Assembly: GCA_973895155.1 (NCBI GenBank)
Contig: OZ316893.1
Coordinates: 20,878,955-20,942,954, forward strand
Direction: 5' to 3'
DNA from: Marsupella aquatica
Lineage: Eukaryota > Plantae > Marchantiophyta
Length of the DNA stretch: 64,000 nucleotides
Every line of letters begins with the position of its first letter. Position 1 is the first letter of the stretch. Below, piece by piece: positions 12,301-24,058 of the stretch. A model generated the notes under the pieces. It was not told the origin of the DNA and ran no database searches. It saw only the letters and a program-made list of their open reading frames with translations. The position numbers were made by a program, and so were the translations under genes.

Positions 12301-12603
12301 TGTTGGAATTTGTCAGTCCTGTCCGTTGCTGACTCCCTTTGGCTCATTGTCGGGAGTTGTTACTCTACTGGCTGTCTCGGACTCGCTGCCGTAGTCGGTA
12401 GGCAGTCTTCCCTAGATCCGTTTCGGGATCAGTCTGACTGCGCCACACTTAGCACAGTCCTAACCATAATTAGTTAGTCTGATCCCAGGATTATCCCTGT
12501 CGGCTGCTTGCCGCTGGCGCCTACTTGCGCCCTCACTTAAGCTGTATATAATGAGCCTCAGCTCTCCCGATTAATTAAGTTTCACACATTGAAAACTTCC
12601 ACA
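12301..12603 (+). repeat. Copia-A 3' LTR
   Basis: Direct repeat of 6762-7064, followed by GCAGG. Confidence 0.97.
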
Positions 12604-14734
12604 GCAGGTTCTCACTGCTCGTACCAAGTATCATTACAAACAGGACAGTGCATAGAAAAGTGTGTTCACGTACTGACGCAGTCACTCACTCGTGTCATGG
12701 ACCAAACTAGTCAAGCCAAAATTTTCCCCTTGACGTGGGGAAAGCTTCCAAGTAGATAACGCTTGCGAAAGCTTGCCATCAAATCAATTGCATTCGATGA
12801 AATCTGAAAAAGCAGAAGTAGGTATGTAGGCACGAGGTAGGTAGCTAAACTAGAGTCACTAAACAATGGAGATGACCTTTTCCACGGAACGATGGTCATA
12901 GATTACGTGACTGGGCAATATCCCATCTCAATTGGGTTGCTCCATGCTATTGTTTCCGTACTGACGCTTGAAAAATATCCTTAACCCAATATATTCGTTT
13001 ATTGGTTTTTTGGACGACTACAGTAGTTCTGTGAATTTTGGTCCAGCCGTAATTAGATACTACAAATTAACTTTAGAACAAAACTTCACACGATCGAGGA
13101 GCATCTAAATGTGAGAATCCTTGATCACTACAGTTGAACAAGAAGCTGGAAGTTCAATTATCCTGACGTGAACAGTGGCAGAAGGAGTAGCTGGAAGTCC
13201 AATCATCCGTTGGCAAAACAAAGTAACAAACCGACTTGACAATAGAACAAGAGTCAAACTGGACTTCCTCGTCACTTCAGTGTGGGCCAGAGTCATGGGA
13301 AGAGGTACTAGTGAATAAAAGGAGCCAGACACGAGCCACGACACGAGCTGGACCTCATCACGTCGGAGTGTGCCACTTGTGAAGAGGTATCGTAGTCGTG
13401 AAGAAAACGTACGAGAACAACGCAAAGAAAGGACAAGTTTCCGGAAATAGCCACCTACCAAATCATGCGAATCAAAGTAACAAGTGGACCTATTGTGTCT
13501 AGTTGTGCCAAAAGCACACAGAGTCATATATGTAAGACAATATCGTATCACGCAGAAGCCAAGAAAGTATTCAACCCCGTCTACACTCTCATTCTTAAAT
13601 TGTAAACTAGCACGAGAGCTAAGAATTCGGCTTAGAAGTCAGGAACCTTGAGCCTTGCCTCTGTCTGCTTTTCTACGTCAAAACCCTGAAGTGGTCACTC
13701 TGCTCACCTCCAATTTTTTCCCATCTTGTCTCTACTTTATTGGCTTTAAAATCCCCTTTATTCTCAGTGTCCCCAGGCAGGGATCCGGTCTCAGTCGAGG
13801 TCTTCTTGTTTAAGCTCTTTTTATTTTTTTGCCTCTTCTTGTACCTTTGGGATCCTGTCTCCCTGTTTTATTATTTGGCAGTGTGATATATCTAAATAAG
13901 GAAACTAAGGTGGACCCCAAAGACCCAACGAAGTCCTGAATATATATAGAACCTACTGTACTAGATCATCTTTCTCCGCCAAAGCTCGACGATTTGTTCA
14001 CATATGTAGGACTCATCTTTCTGCGCAAAGCTCGATTTGTTGATATAGGTAGGACCGGATGCAGGACTACAGTTGAGTCAAAGTCCAGATCCGTTCATGT
14101 TGGACCAAAGAAGCACCGTAAGAACTCAGGAACATACCTGGCACTTTCGAACCGCGACTTACAATTTGGTCTGTTGTAAGTTGTTTTTCCCAAAAGTTAA
14201 ATTGGTGTCTTCTGTGTATACGTTAGGGTGCAAAAATGTCATCTTGAAGACTCTTCTCTTGTGCAAGAGGTCAAATTGACGACCGAAAGGTACATATCTG
14301 AGAGCTAGGATTATTTTTTTATCTCACATGTTTGACTTCTAATAAGTGTTCAATCTCCTGAAACAAGGGTCCTTCCAGAGTCTACTCGGATTGTTTGTTG
14401 GAAAGTACGAATTGTAGCTAGTTATCTATGTCCGGGCTCTCCGACAAGATAGGATTTGAATATGAAAGTGTGAATAATATCTCCTTGGCCCATGCTGATT
14501 TAGTCCACGCGGCAAATCTCGTCCCCTATATTTGTTCGACGAGCTCGATCAAGTGGAGGCACCTGTACATCCTTATTTAGCTTTGCGTTTTTGCGTTTGA
14601 AGTACTCGATCACATTATTTACCGGACCTCAGGACGTATACAAGGAGGCTGTGGTGAATCAAGTTTCTCGGATTGAAGACTGACGAGAATCGTTGGGCTC
14701 GGAAGTAACAAACTCGAAGGCACAGAACAGGGGA

Positions 14735-14755
14735 GCTTTGGAAGAGGCAGTACAA
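14735..14755 (+). promoter_or_regulatory. miR408-like target site in the phytocyanin 5' UTR
   Basis: GCTTTGGAAGAGGCAGTACAA vs the miR408 complement GCCAGGGAAGAGGCAGTGCAT (16/21), ending 10 nt before the ATG. Confidence 0.65.
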
Positions 14756-14765
14756 ACAGAGCAAA

Positions 14766-15651
14766 ATGGCGGGTCGACAGGGAGGCACGCTGATTGCGAT
14801 ACTGGTAGTCTTAGGGTTGATGCATAGTGCGGCAGCCACAACTTATGCTGTCAATGTGCCTGGTTCGAATAATGGTGGCTGGGGTTTCGTGACGTCTCGG
14901 AACTCAACTTCGTACGACGACACTTTTAAGAATACCCAATTGTTCGTTGGAGACATTCTCAGTAAGCCCTCCTTGTCGCTCAACTAAGTCTTGGGAAATT
15001 GGTTTCATCGCAAAGTCCAAAGTTTGATTGGAAATTTTGCACTTCAAGATTGTGTTTCTTTGAGCTCGTGCGAGTGAACATTAATCATCATACGTTAGGT
15101 GCATTTCAGAATTTATGGTCGGACACAAGTTCTGTCCTGTCTCTCAGCCAACCATTTCAGCGGAGAGCTGAGCAATAGGAAAGAGAATCCTCACAAACTC
15201 CTGTTCTTCGTCGACATTTACGCAAATTGTGAACTCACTAATCACCTAATCAAAGGTTGTTGCATGGCTCTGCCGACGTGTAGTCAGCGTTTGATCTTGA
15301 ATTTTCAAATTTTGGTGTGCAGCTTTTACATTTGCCGACAACGTGCATGATGTCTACGAAGTATCTCCAGCGGATACTCTCAGCTGTAATTTCTCGAGCC
15401 CCATTCACATGTATACAACTACTGTGAATGTGGCTCTGGACACCGCCGGTCAACATGGATTTATCTGCAGCTTCCCTAGCCACTGCGTGACTTTCGGGAT
15501 GCACTTGCTGGTGACAGTACGTAATGGCGCTCCGTCTGGCCCTGCGTCTGGACCTACATCTGAACCTCATAATGCTGCTTCGTTTTTGCGCGCTGGATCA
15601 GGAATGATAGTGGGAGCTCTGATCGCTGCTTCTGCACTTCTAGCGCTTTGA
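14766..15651 (+). CDS. Phytocyanin (uclacyanin-like blue copper protein, predicted GPI anchor); exons 14766-14961 and 15323-15651
   Basis: Signal peptide; GT-AG splicing gives FVGDILTFTFADNVHDVYEV; Cu ligands H, C, H, M (FICSFPSHCVTFGM); Pro/Ser linker; hydrophobic C-terminus. Confidence 0.92.
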
Positions 15652-18600
15652 TTCAGGTCTTGGATTCCAATGCTGGTTGTAACATCAGTGTAAGCGATAC
15701 CATCGCTCGACAGTGGCCAACATGTTCACTTGACTTACAAGTTTCGAGCAGTTTGTTCAGAGCCTGCAAAACTGAGCGAAATTTCTCGAGGGCTCCGAAA
15801 TTTCTCGAGGGCTCGTACTACTACTTCCTTCGTTCTAATCCTTCGTCTGTTTACCTTCGGGAAATTCTGTCGCAGAGGTTATGAATATACCCACAGAGCG
15901 CACAAATCTGTAGCAGTCACGTCATCTGAAATCTGAAGTACTTGTTTCATTCGTTCAATTCTTTTCTAGGTTGAGGGGCGATTGTCCAGTTTTCAGTGTG
16001 ACGTTTCTCCTCAACCATAGCAGTGATATTTCATCGATCCCAACACATAAGCAGGCGTGACTCTTCGATTTAAAAAACACTTTGAGAAAGAAAATCGATA
16101 GATTTTGGCTTCGGTAGGATACCGGCCGTGTAAATTGTCATCATAATTAAGCTTGAGTCCTATAGTGCAGTGACGCTTCTCCTGGCTGAGGGGTGAGCCC
16201 TTTGACGAAGCATTGAGAGGATCTTCTATCCTGAGCTATAGAGATGTCAATATCTGAGCTTAAACTGTGCTGTAAAATTGTACCTACTACCATTTATGAT
16301 GACAGATTATCTTTGTTCTTGAAAATTCAATTTCTGACGACGAAGGCTAGGAAATATTTGCATTGGATGGCTTCTGGGAAAGTGAGTGAGAGGCCAGTCG
16401 CGACTAGAGACTCCTCCCTGGAAACAGTTCTTCCACAGTAAAATGGCTTGCAGATTCAATTTGAAATCGTTTTGGAGATCGTAGCCAGTTTGATTGATTA
16501 ACTGATGCTCGTGGCGTTCCTCCAGTTGAGAATTTGTTATTTAGTGCCACTGTCAAATTTTAACTTAACCCAAGATTATTGATGCCTGATGCGCTAAGAT
16601 ACTTTGACCATTCCTCAAATTAAATTCATTGCATAATTGTAATCCTTAGTGGGTTGTTGAGGAGATCACCTATGATCCACTATCAACTCCACAGTCTGGA
16701 CTGCAGATCTCTATGATCCACTATCTACTCCACAGTCTGGACTGATGCTGAAATGACTCCAATGATGTGGCAGCCTCACTTTGAGAGTCACAAACAAACA
16801 GCAAATGCATCGATGACAAACAAAATCAATAAACATGCCATGAGCACCCATGGACCAAAATGTTTGACAGATTGTTGGAGTGGACCATCACAACTCAGAT
16901 GGATTGCAAACAACCTTTTTTGTACTCAAATAGCACTTTTCCTTTGCAAAACAAATTATACTTAATTCTAAGTCAACTTTTCCATATCTATCCCTATGAA
17001 TATATATATATTTGACTACAATATTCACCATTTATGCTTATTAGTCTTCTTAGTTTGATTTCTACTTGGATGACGCAATTTGGATCCAAAAATACAATTG
17101 CACTAGGCCCAACAATATTATTAGTATTCATGTTATACGGTGTGCATGCTTGAGCTCAAATTTGCTGAACTACTATTTACCATAAGGCCCTGCTAACAAG
17201 GAAGTTAATACTAATCCTTCAGTTGAACTATTTTTTAAATTATTTTTTTCAAATTTGTTTATTCTGCTTGATCCCCAAATGCAAAAGAAGGTAAAAGAAG
17301 CCATAAGTGGCATAAGAAAGTCATAACAGGGAAATTTGAAATCAAAAGAAAACTACCATTCCCAACAAGAAACCAGGCAGACTGGCATAGTAGGAAGTCT
17401 TTGTAAGTGTCTACTAGCCACAATCATCAAGGCCGAACTGCAGGTCACCAGTCATCAGAACCAGACACAGCAGGAGTGCAGGACCCCAAGACAGCCCTCA
17501 TCAAAACAATTCCAGCCTAACTACCCTTCATAGCAGAATTCTAGTATGCTCTGGTTCTAAGAGGGCCCGAGCTCCAGTTAACCTGGCAATCTTTTGAGGT
17601 GAGCCTGAAGCAGCGGCCACAGCTGAGAGGTGGTCAAGAACCTCAGAAATGACAAGCAATTAATTAAAGACCCGCCTCTTTGATAGAGCAAAAGTCTGGC
17701 CATTTTGTGCCAGCCGGATGCACCATATAGCATGCTCATCGTGGAACATGCTTTTGTCTTGTAGTGATCCTAAAGTAAATAAAATATGAGAGCATAGCTA
17801 GAAGGATAAAATAATGTAAGTAAAGAGTCTATCAAGAAAAACACAATGACCGATGAAAAGTCCAATCAAGTTTTATGACACAACACATTTGTTAAGGTTT
17901 GTGCACTTAATTCAATGTGCCTTATGAATGACATTCATTTCAATAGAAACCATAAACTTAGGAAAGAAGGACATGAGGGGAACTTAAGACACTATGTGTT
18001 CATGTTATTCATAATGTTTCTCTCACTCATGAGAATACTTGTTTCAAGTGGTGGAGCCCGTCGGTTTCATCTCTAAGACATCACAAACTTTAAAAGTCAT
18101 AAGGGGCTGCCAAAATAAGTTCAAAATACTCTAGAATACCTTAAATTAAAGGGGTCTGAAAATTAATTTAAAATGTATATCACACAAAAGACACAAAAGC
18201 CGCCCCTTGATTAGGCATATTGAAATAAAAACACATTACACAAAAATCTGAAAGGTGGATTCACCATAGAACCTGATATAAGACAAAGAAGGGTATATAA
18301 AGTTGACTTCCTCACAGAATTTAGGATTAGTTCAACCAAGTCCAAAGGCACGATGGAAAAGTTGTCCTGCCAGCCATCCATGAGCTTCAGCCCAGATCCT
18401 TGAACTATTCTTAACTCTTACTATTTTCTCTTTCACACTTGAAGACAAACCCAAATATCATGCAAGTTGAGATCATTTAACTTTCTCGTCAATAAAATAC
18501 ATCTATATATTGCACTTACTACCAAATCTCCAAGATAGGATTCCCAAGATATGAAACCCAATTATAGGAAACCCCAGGGAAAGCTGGAGACCAAATATAC

Positions 18601-19184
18601 AATTAAAGAGGCCCCAAAAGGACTAAATAGTCTTGAGCAGCAAATAAAAACACCTACTACAGATAGCAAACTGAAAAGCGTGGTAAAGTTCCAAAAGTAA
18701 AGTAAACTGCTAAGGAGAGTCACAAGAAGGAATTTGTCTTGAGGCACATGTATAAGATAGGCACATGTATAAGATGTAGAATATATACAAAGAGAATTTT
18801 TTTTGAAGGGATTTATCGCTTTAAAATTGAGTATTCGAAAGGAAACAAGGGCAGCTACAGTAACTTGTCAAATATCTTTAGCTTCAGAAAGGCCACCAGT
18901 TCCACTTACAGGGAACATGCACAAGGCAGCTACATTTGTTTATGTAGGACTACAGTAAAACTTGAGTCAAAGTCCTAATTCAAGCATTGGACCAAATGAA
19001 CCGCGTGAGAACGAAGGAACCCCACTTTTGGCGTCAGTATGTACCATCTCGAATATGATCAGTTGTAAATTGCTTTTGAAAAGTCCCATTGCTGTTTTCT
19101 GTGTGAGGGTGCAAGATGTCATCCTCAGAGAGTATCTTTAATTTGGGACTACATCAAACTGGCAACCCTAAGATGCCAGGACAA

Positions 19185-19529
19185 TGTTAGGATTTACTCT
19201 TAGGTCTAGAATTACGAATGTACAGTAGTTAAGGCTAACCTTAGTCGCAGACTTGGTTAGGTTAGTCATGTTGTGCACACTCTATAACCAAGCGGTGTTT
19301 GCTTGGAGAGGTGGAACTTAGGCTCATTGTTACGGAGCTAGTTGAGAGATAGAGAGAGCTTGCGCTGTGGATGCTTGGTATGGCCGGTCGACCTAGAGTG
19401 CAGTAAAGCTCGTGTGTGTTCTCGTGGACGTAGCCTCATGTGGAGGTGAACCACATATCTCTCTGTGTCGATTCTTGTGCGTTGGATGGTTCATGGGCTT
19501 GCCGTTGCGATTATCGTCTATACTTAATA
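19185..19529 (+). repeat. Copia-B 5' LTR
   Basis: TGTTAGG...CTTAATA; about 9 differences from the 3' LTR by eye. Confidence 0.95.
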
Positions 19530-19531
19530 AT

Positions 19532-19543
19532 TGGTATCAGAGC
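19532..19543 (+). promoter_or_regulatory. Primer binding site (tRNA-iMet)
   Basis: TGGTATCAGAGC, 2 nt after the LTR. Confidence 0.92.
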
Positions 19544-19857
19544 ATGCCTGGGAGGTGACGAGGTTTCTTCGTGATGGGTTTTCCAACGTTCAGTGTCGGT
19601 GTTGCATTCGGAGTTTCATCGCATGAAACTCGAATGTGTGTCGATGAGCGGATAGATTAGTGAGAGGGCTTTCTATCGGTGTATAGAACTTACTGGTTGG
19701 TATCTGTGGTGTGGAGGAATCGGAGTTTGCGTCAATCTGGAGTTTTTTTCGTGTTTGACGGTATTTTTCGGGGGAGACCAGAGTTTGTGTTATTCAACGG
19801 TGTGAGCTGTGTGGTGCGGGAGACGCCGCATGTTGTAGCTCAAGTTGAAGATTGAAG

Positions 19858-20153
19858 CTCGGGGGTTTCACTTCCACAAAAATGGCATATCACGTGCGAC
19901 GAAGGATAGGGTCATTTTATTGGTTCTAAGGGAAGACTTAAGAATTTTTGTAGAAGAACAATAGGGTCTTTTAAATTCAATTTTGAGACTTATAAGAATA
20001 TTAGGGTCTTTTTAATCCAATTTTTAGAATATTCCAAGAATATTCCAACTTTATAGGGGTTAAAAAATTAATTTTTTTTCTTACATTTTAGGGGGTCCGA
20101 GGCCTAAAACCGTCGCAGGCGATGGGGAGGTCCCCATATAGTGAGCCCCCGAG
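19858..20153. mobile_element. MITE with 8-bp TSD (CTCGGGGG-terminal family)
   Basis: Ends CTCGGGGGTTTCACT / AGTGAGCCCCCGAG; TSD GATTGAAG at 19850-19857 and 20154-20161. Confidence 0.9.
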
Positions 20154-20569
20154 GATTGAAGAAACCTGATCATTTCGGTAGCTGAGTTGCTGCCGAGTAA
20201 AAGAGGAGTTCAGGTTTTTTCACAGGCTATGGAGTTTGTTCACATCTGAACTGGGTTTTCTCGTCGCCGTGACCAACTCGAAGGAAGAAACGCAAAGTGC
20301 TACGACTCAACGTTTTGATCGCGGCTAGGCGGTCATTTTGAGTCCGGGATTGGCACTTGACGTGGAGTGAAGGCGACGTGACAGAAAGTTTTTTCTCTGC
20401 TGTCACCTGCTTATCAAACAATTTACATGACAAATACGTATTTACTCCTACTAAAATTGTTTGTTATCGTATGACGGGAACGTGGAGGGACGCTATTAGG
20501 ATTCTATTGCATGTAGGATGAGTATGTTTATTTCCGCTCCCAGAAATGTAATTTTTGATCAAGTCTACC

Positions 20570-20814
20570 CTCGGGGGGGTCACTATCTGAAGGGTCATAC
20601 ATCACGTGCGACGGTTTAGGTCATTTATGACCCCCCTAAGTCACTTTCTAGAAAGTTGTACGGCACCAATCATATGATGACATGTATGCATTTTGCAATT
20701 AAACAACCCTATATTTCCATAGAAGACTTAATAAGTCTTCCGCCAAAACCATTTAAATGGCCCTATACTTCGTCGCACATGACATGCCACTTCCATGGAA
20801 GTGACCCCCCCGAG
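20570..20814. mobile_element. MITE with 8-bp TSD, nested in the solo LTR
   Basis: Perfect 15-bp TIR CTCGGGGGGGTCACT / AGTGACCCCCCCGAG; TSD AGTCTACC at 20562-20569 and 20815-20822. Confidence 0.92.
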
Positions 20815-21756
20815 AGTCTACCGACTAGTCGCTCTGCTTTTGATCAAGTCCCATGGACTACACCACACACACACTCCTACTGGTCGTTTGTGGAGTGCTG
20901 TCACCACCCCTCCTACTCACATGGTTGACCAAACCGTGCAAGGATTCCTTAGATACTTCTTGGGGAAAGAACACAATCTTGAACCAGAAAAGATAACGCC
21001 ACACCAAAACTTGAGGAATCAAACCAAATCCATATCTTTTGGCAAAACGTCGTAACACATTGCAAGGACAACCCGGCCTCCTGCCGTCTGCCCAACTACT
21101 GCCTCACTGGGGCAAGTGCTACACCTCTACCTCACTACTCTGGCTTGATTCCCTCTTCTGACTATGAGCTAACCTCCCTAAGAAAACACTAGACTGAGTC
21201 CCCCCCCACTACTACGGGGCTCTCCCCTAAATACTCAAAACAACACACCAAAGCACCCCTCATGGGGTCACAAGGATGGTGGCTACTCTAGCGGCGCCGC
21301 TAAAACCTTCACGGAAGAAATCCCTAATCCTAAAGCATGCGGCACACACATGCTCAGAAAACCCTAATCTAACAATGGGACCGACTGTGCCTTCGACGGC
21401 GCTCCAACCTTGCTCCGTGAACCGCGAAAATGCAAGTGACCCCACAATTACCGAAACTAGGTGCCACTCTGATTGCACCTCTGAACTCAACCCTAGGTAG
21501 CCCTGCTCCTCCTAATCATGAATCACAAAACCGCTCTCGAAACGGATGCCAAACGACCAAGTTATGGCCATTTCAGTATCACTTACTTACTAACTTCGTC
21601 GGGCCCTAACTTACTCATCCTGGCTCCGTTTGAGGAGTGCCGCCTCTTGTTGGAATCAGCTCCGTGAGCTCCTTCCAACAAGCCCGTGAGTGCACCATTC
21701 CAAAAAGTTTCAAAATCCAGAGGTCGTACGACAGGTCCGTACGGCTACCCTAGTCT

Positions 21757-21912
21757 TCCTCCTCACTCACGGTGCCATGGCTTGAGCCCCGTGAGTTGGT
21801 CTCCTGATCAGTCCTCCTCCTCCTCACTCACGGTGCCCTGACTTGAGCCCCGTGAGTTGGTCTCCTCATCAGTCCTCATTCTCCTCACTAAAGGTGCCTT
21901 GGCTTGAGCCCC
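21757..21912. repeat. ~61-bp tandem repeat, ~2.5 copies, inside the solo LTR
   Basis: TCCTCACTCACGGTGCC..G.CTTGAGCCCCGTGAGTTGGTCTCCT.ATCAGTCC repeated. Confidence 0.85.
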
Positions 21913-24058
21913 GATCCTCCTGTTCGCCACCACCGGTTCGTTGTAAAAGGAGGGGGTCCCTATAATTGTCGAAACTAAAATTTTCTCAGAATTCACTTCT
22001 GAAAACATATCTGAGGAGCCCTCCTCTTCCTGATCATGGCTCCACAAACGGTGCACAAAACAGAGGTCAAACGGCCAAGATATGATCGTTTAAGTTTTTA
22101 CGGGGCACCGTCTCCCTTCGTTTCGTCCGTACAACACGTTTCCCCCGGCTTTGCAAAACATAGATCACGGTTTCTCCGTATGTGCTACTACCTCCTCCTT
22201 CCCTTGCAAAGCTGGGACCTCCTTCCGTACAACCTCAAAACCCTCGTATTCTCAAAAAACGTGATTTGTCGTATCTCCCCCGTCTTAGCTCCGTTTCAGC
22301 CGAGTGACACATCGTTGGATTCAGCTCGGCGAGCTCTTTCCAACAAGCCCGTAGACTCCTGATTTTGAGATGGTCAAAAATCTGATGTTTGTACAACCAG
22401 GGTCCGTACATACGTTCAAAGCAAGCACAAGAGGGAAAGGGTTTAGGGTTTAGGTATGGGTGGAAACCCCACAAGTGACAATAGAGAAAGAAGGGAAGGA
22501 AGAAAGTGTGAGGGCCCCTTCTACGGATGTGTTCTTCTACAGAGTGCCCCTCTACGGAGTGGGGAACGGAAAGAGAACAAAAACCATGTGAGGACCACAC
22601 AAAGGGTGAAGGGGAACACAAGTGTGAGAACCCCTTCCTTCTAAGGGCCCTCCCACCATCACTACTCCAAGATTGCCTAGTTTGTTGTTTTACGTGTGTT
22701 GAGGTCCCTCGAGATGTCACTGTTTGATATAGACCTAAAATCAACTAGAGAACCTCAGTTTCGCATGGGGCTCATTGAGGGCTTCAAAATGAATCCAAAC
22801 ATGACCATGTTTGTAATAGTACTAGCGCAACAACGTCTATTTTAAGTTTCAACATTTTCTATATTTTGGTCATTCTTCCTGTTTTGCGCCTTATGTGGAG
22901 CCTCCGACCAGCCCCCACCCCTCCAAGATGCCCACACCTTGGCTCCAAGTCATTGGGCTGCCTTGTGGCCTCCTTGTACCCCCTCAATGGTTCCCTTGTC
23001 ATACATCATCGCCGACACCCCTCTCAACTCCGGCCTCCGGTTGTCGCATCCATTTATTAGAATTAACAAAAATAAAAAATTTAAAAATCCAAACACTTTT
23101 ACTACACCTACTTGTCTTTCTACTTATATACGCAATTATAAGTCATCACTAAGTTACTACCAGGTTTGGGGCCCTGTCACATCTGCTGGAGCTGCAAACT
23201 GTGCCGGTGCAATTCGACAACTTTTTCCGTCAGTGGCGTTCACTTTTCTCGTGTAAAGCGGCAACGGCGATTAGGTTTGTAAAAATGGCCTCTTTTGGTG
23301 ATCAATTTGGCATTTTTATTGGGTTACTATAGGGCGAATTTTTTCGTGTGTATTTTTTCATGTGTCCGATTTTTTGTGTGAATCTTTTTTTGCTCGCCCT
23401 TTTGTTCGTCCTCCCGACCGGCCCCTCCCTCCGGTTGCCACGAGGCTTGTACTCTCGAGGGTACTTGCGTACCCCCGACGCGGCCCTGCCCCGACCTCGT
23501 ACACCCGACCTCCCTCCATACACACCTGTATTTGGTTAAAGGGGCCTTTAGACCCCCTTTAGGGCCAATTTATTAATTCCTTTTCCGGCTCCTTATTGGT
23601 TATCCCTTGTGCTGGGACCTGCCGCCCCGACTTTAATCGGCTGGACAGGGGGAACGGCCCCCTGTGAGACCTGTCGGACTGTGCGGGAATATTCCCAAAA
23701 ATAGAGAGCTGTTTTTTGGCCGTCCGACAAAGATTCCGCGCGCCGAACGGTAACTTTTTTGGTTCTTTTTTGGCAAGGTCGTAGCCATTGAAGTTAGCAA
23801 CGCGGCGCACCAATCAAATTGCAATTCCGATGACGGGTTGTCCTTGGCATTTTGGTTATTCCCTGAGGTGGTCAAAACAGGGGAGTTTCCCAAGGTTTTA
23901 CCCACCCCGACCAAAATTTGAATAACTTTTCCGTCGAATTTTGATTTTGATTTTGGTTTTCAGTATTGGACTCCTAGCTTTGTGGGCTGCGCGGCGGTGT
24001 TGAGTTTTGAGTTTTTTGAGAGATTGTGAAAAACGACATTTTTTTGTGATTTTCTCAT

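Larger units (their letters stand above)
6762..12603 (+). mobile_element. Full-length Ty1/copia LTR retrotransposon (Copia-A)
   Basis: 303-bp TG...CA LTRs, GCAGG TSD (6757-6761 and 12604-12608), PBS, PPT, and gag-PR-IN-RT-RH domain order. Confidence 0.98.
20401..23181 (-). mobile_element. Large solo LTR (probably Ty3/gypsy) inserted in the Copia-B leader
   Basis: TG...CA ends (minus strand TGTGACAGGGCCCC...GGTGACA), TCTGC TSD at 20396-20400 and 23182-23186, no coding domains. Orientation and superfamily are inferred. Confidence 0.75.

Noticed and set aside
13110-13591. Possible solo LTR (TG...CA)
   Set aside because: No matching TSD found.
14280-14620. GTAC copper-response elements upstream of the phytocyanin
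   Set aside because: A 4-mer with only a few hits; enrichment cannot be shown by eye.
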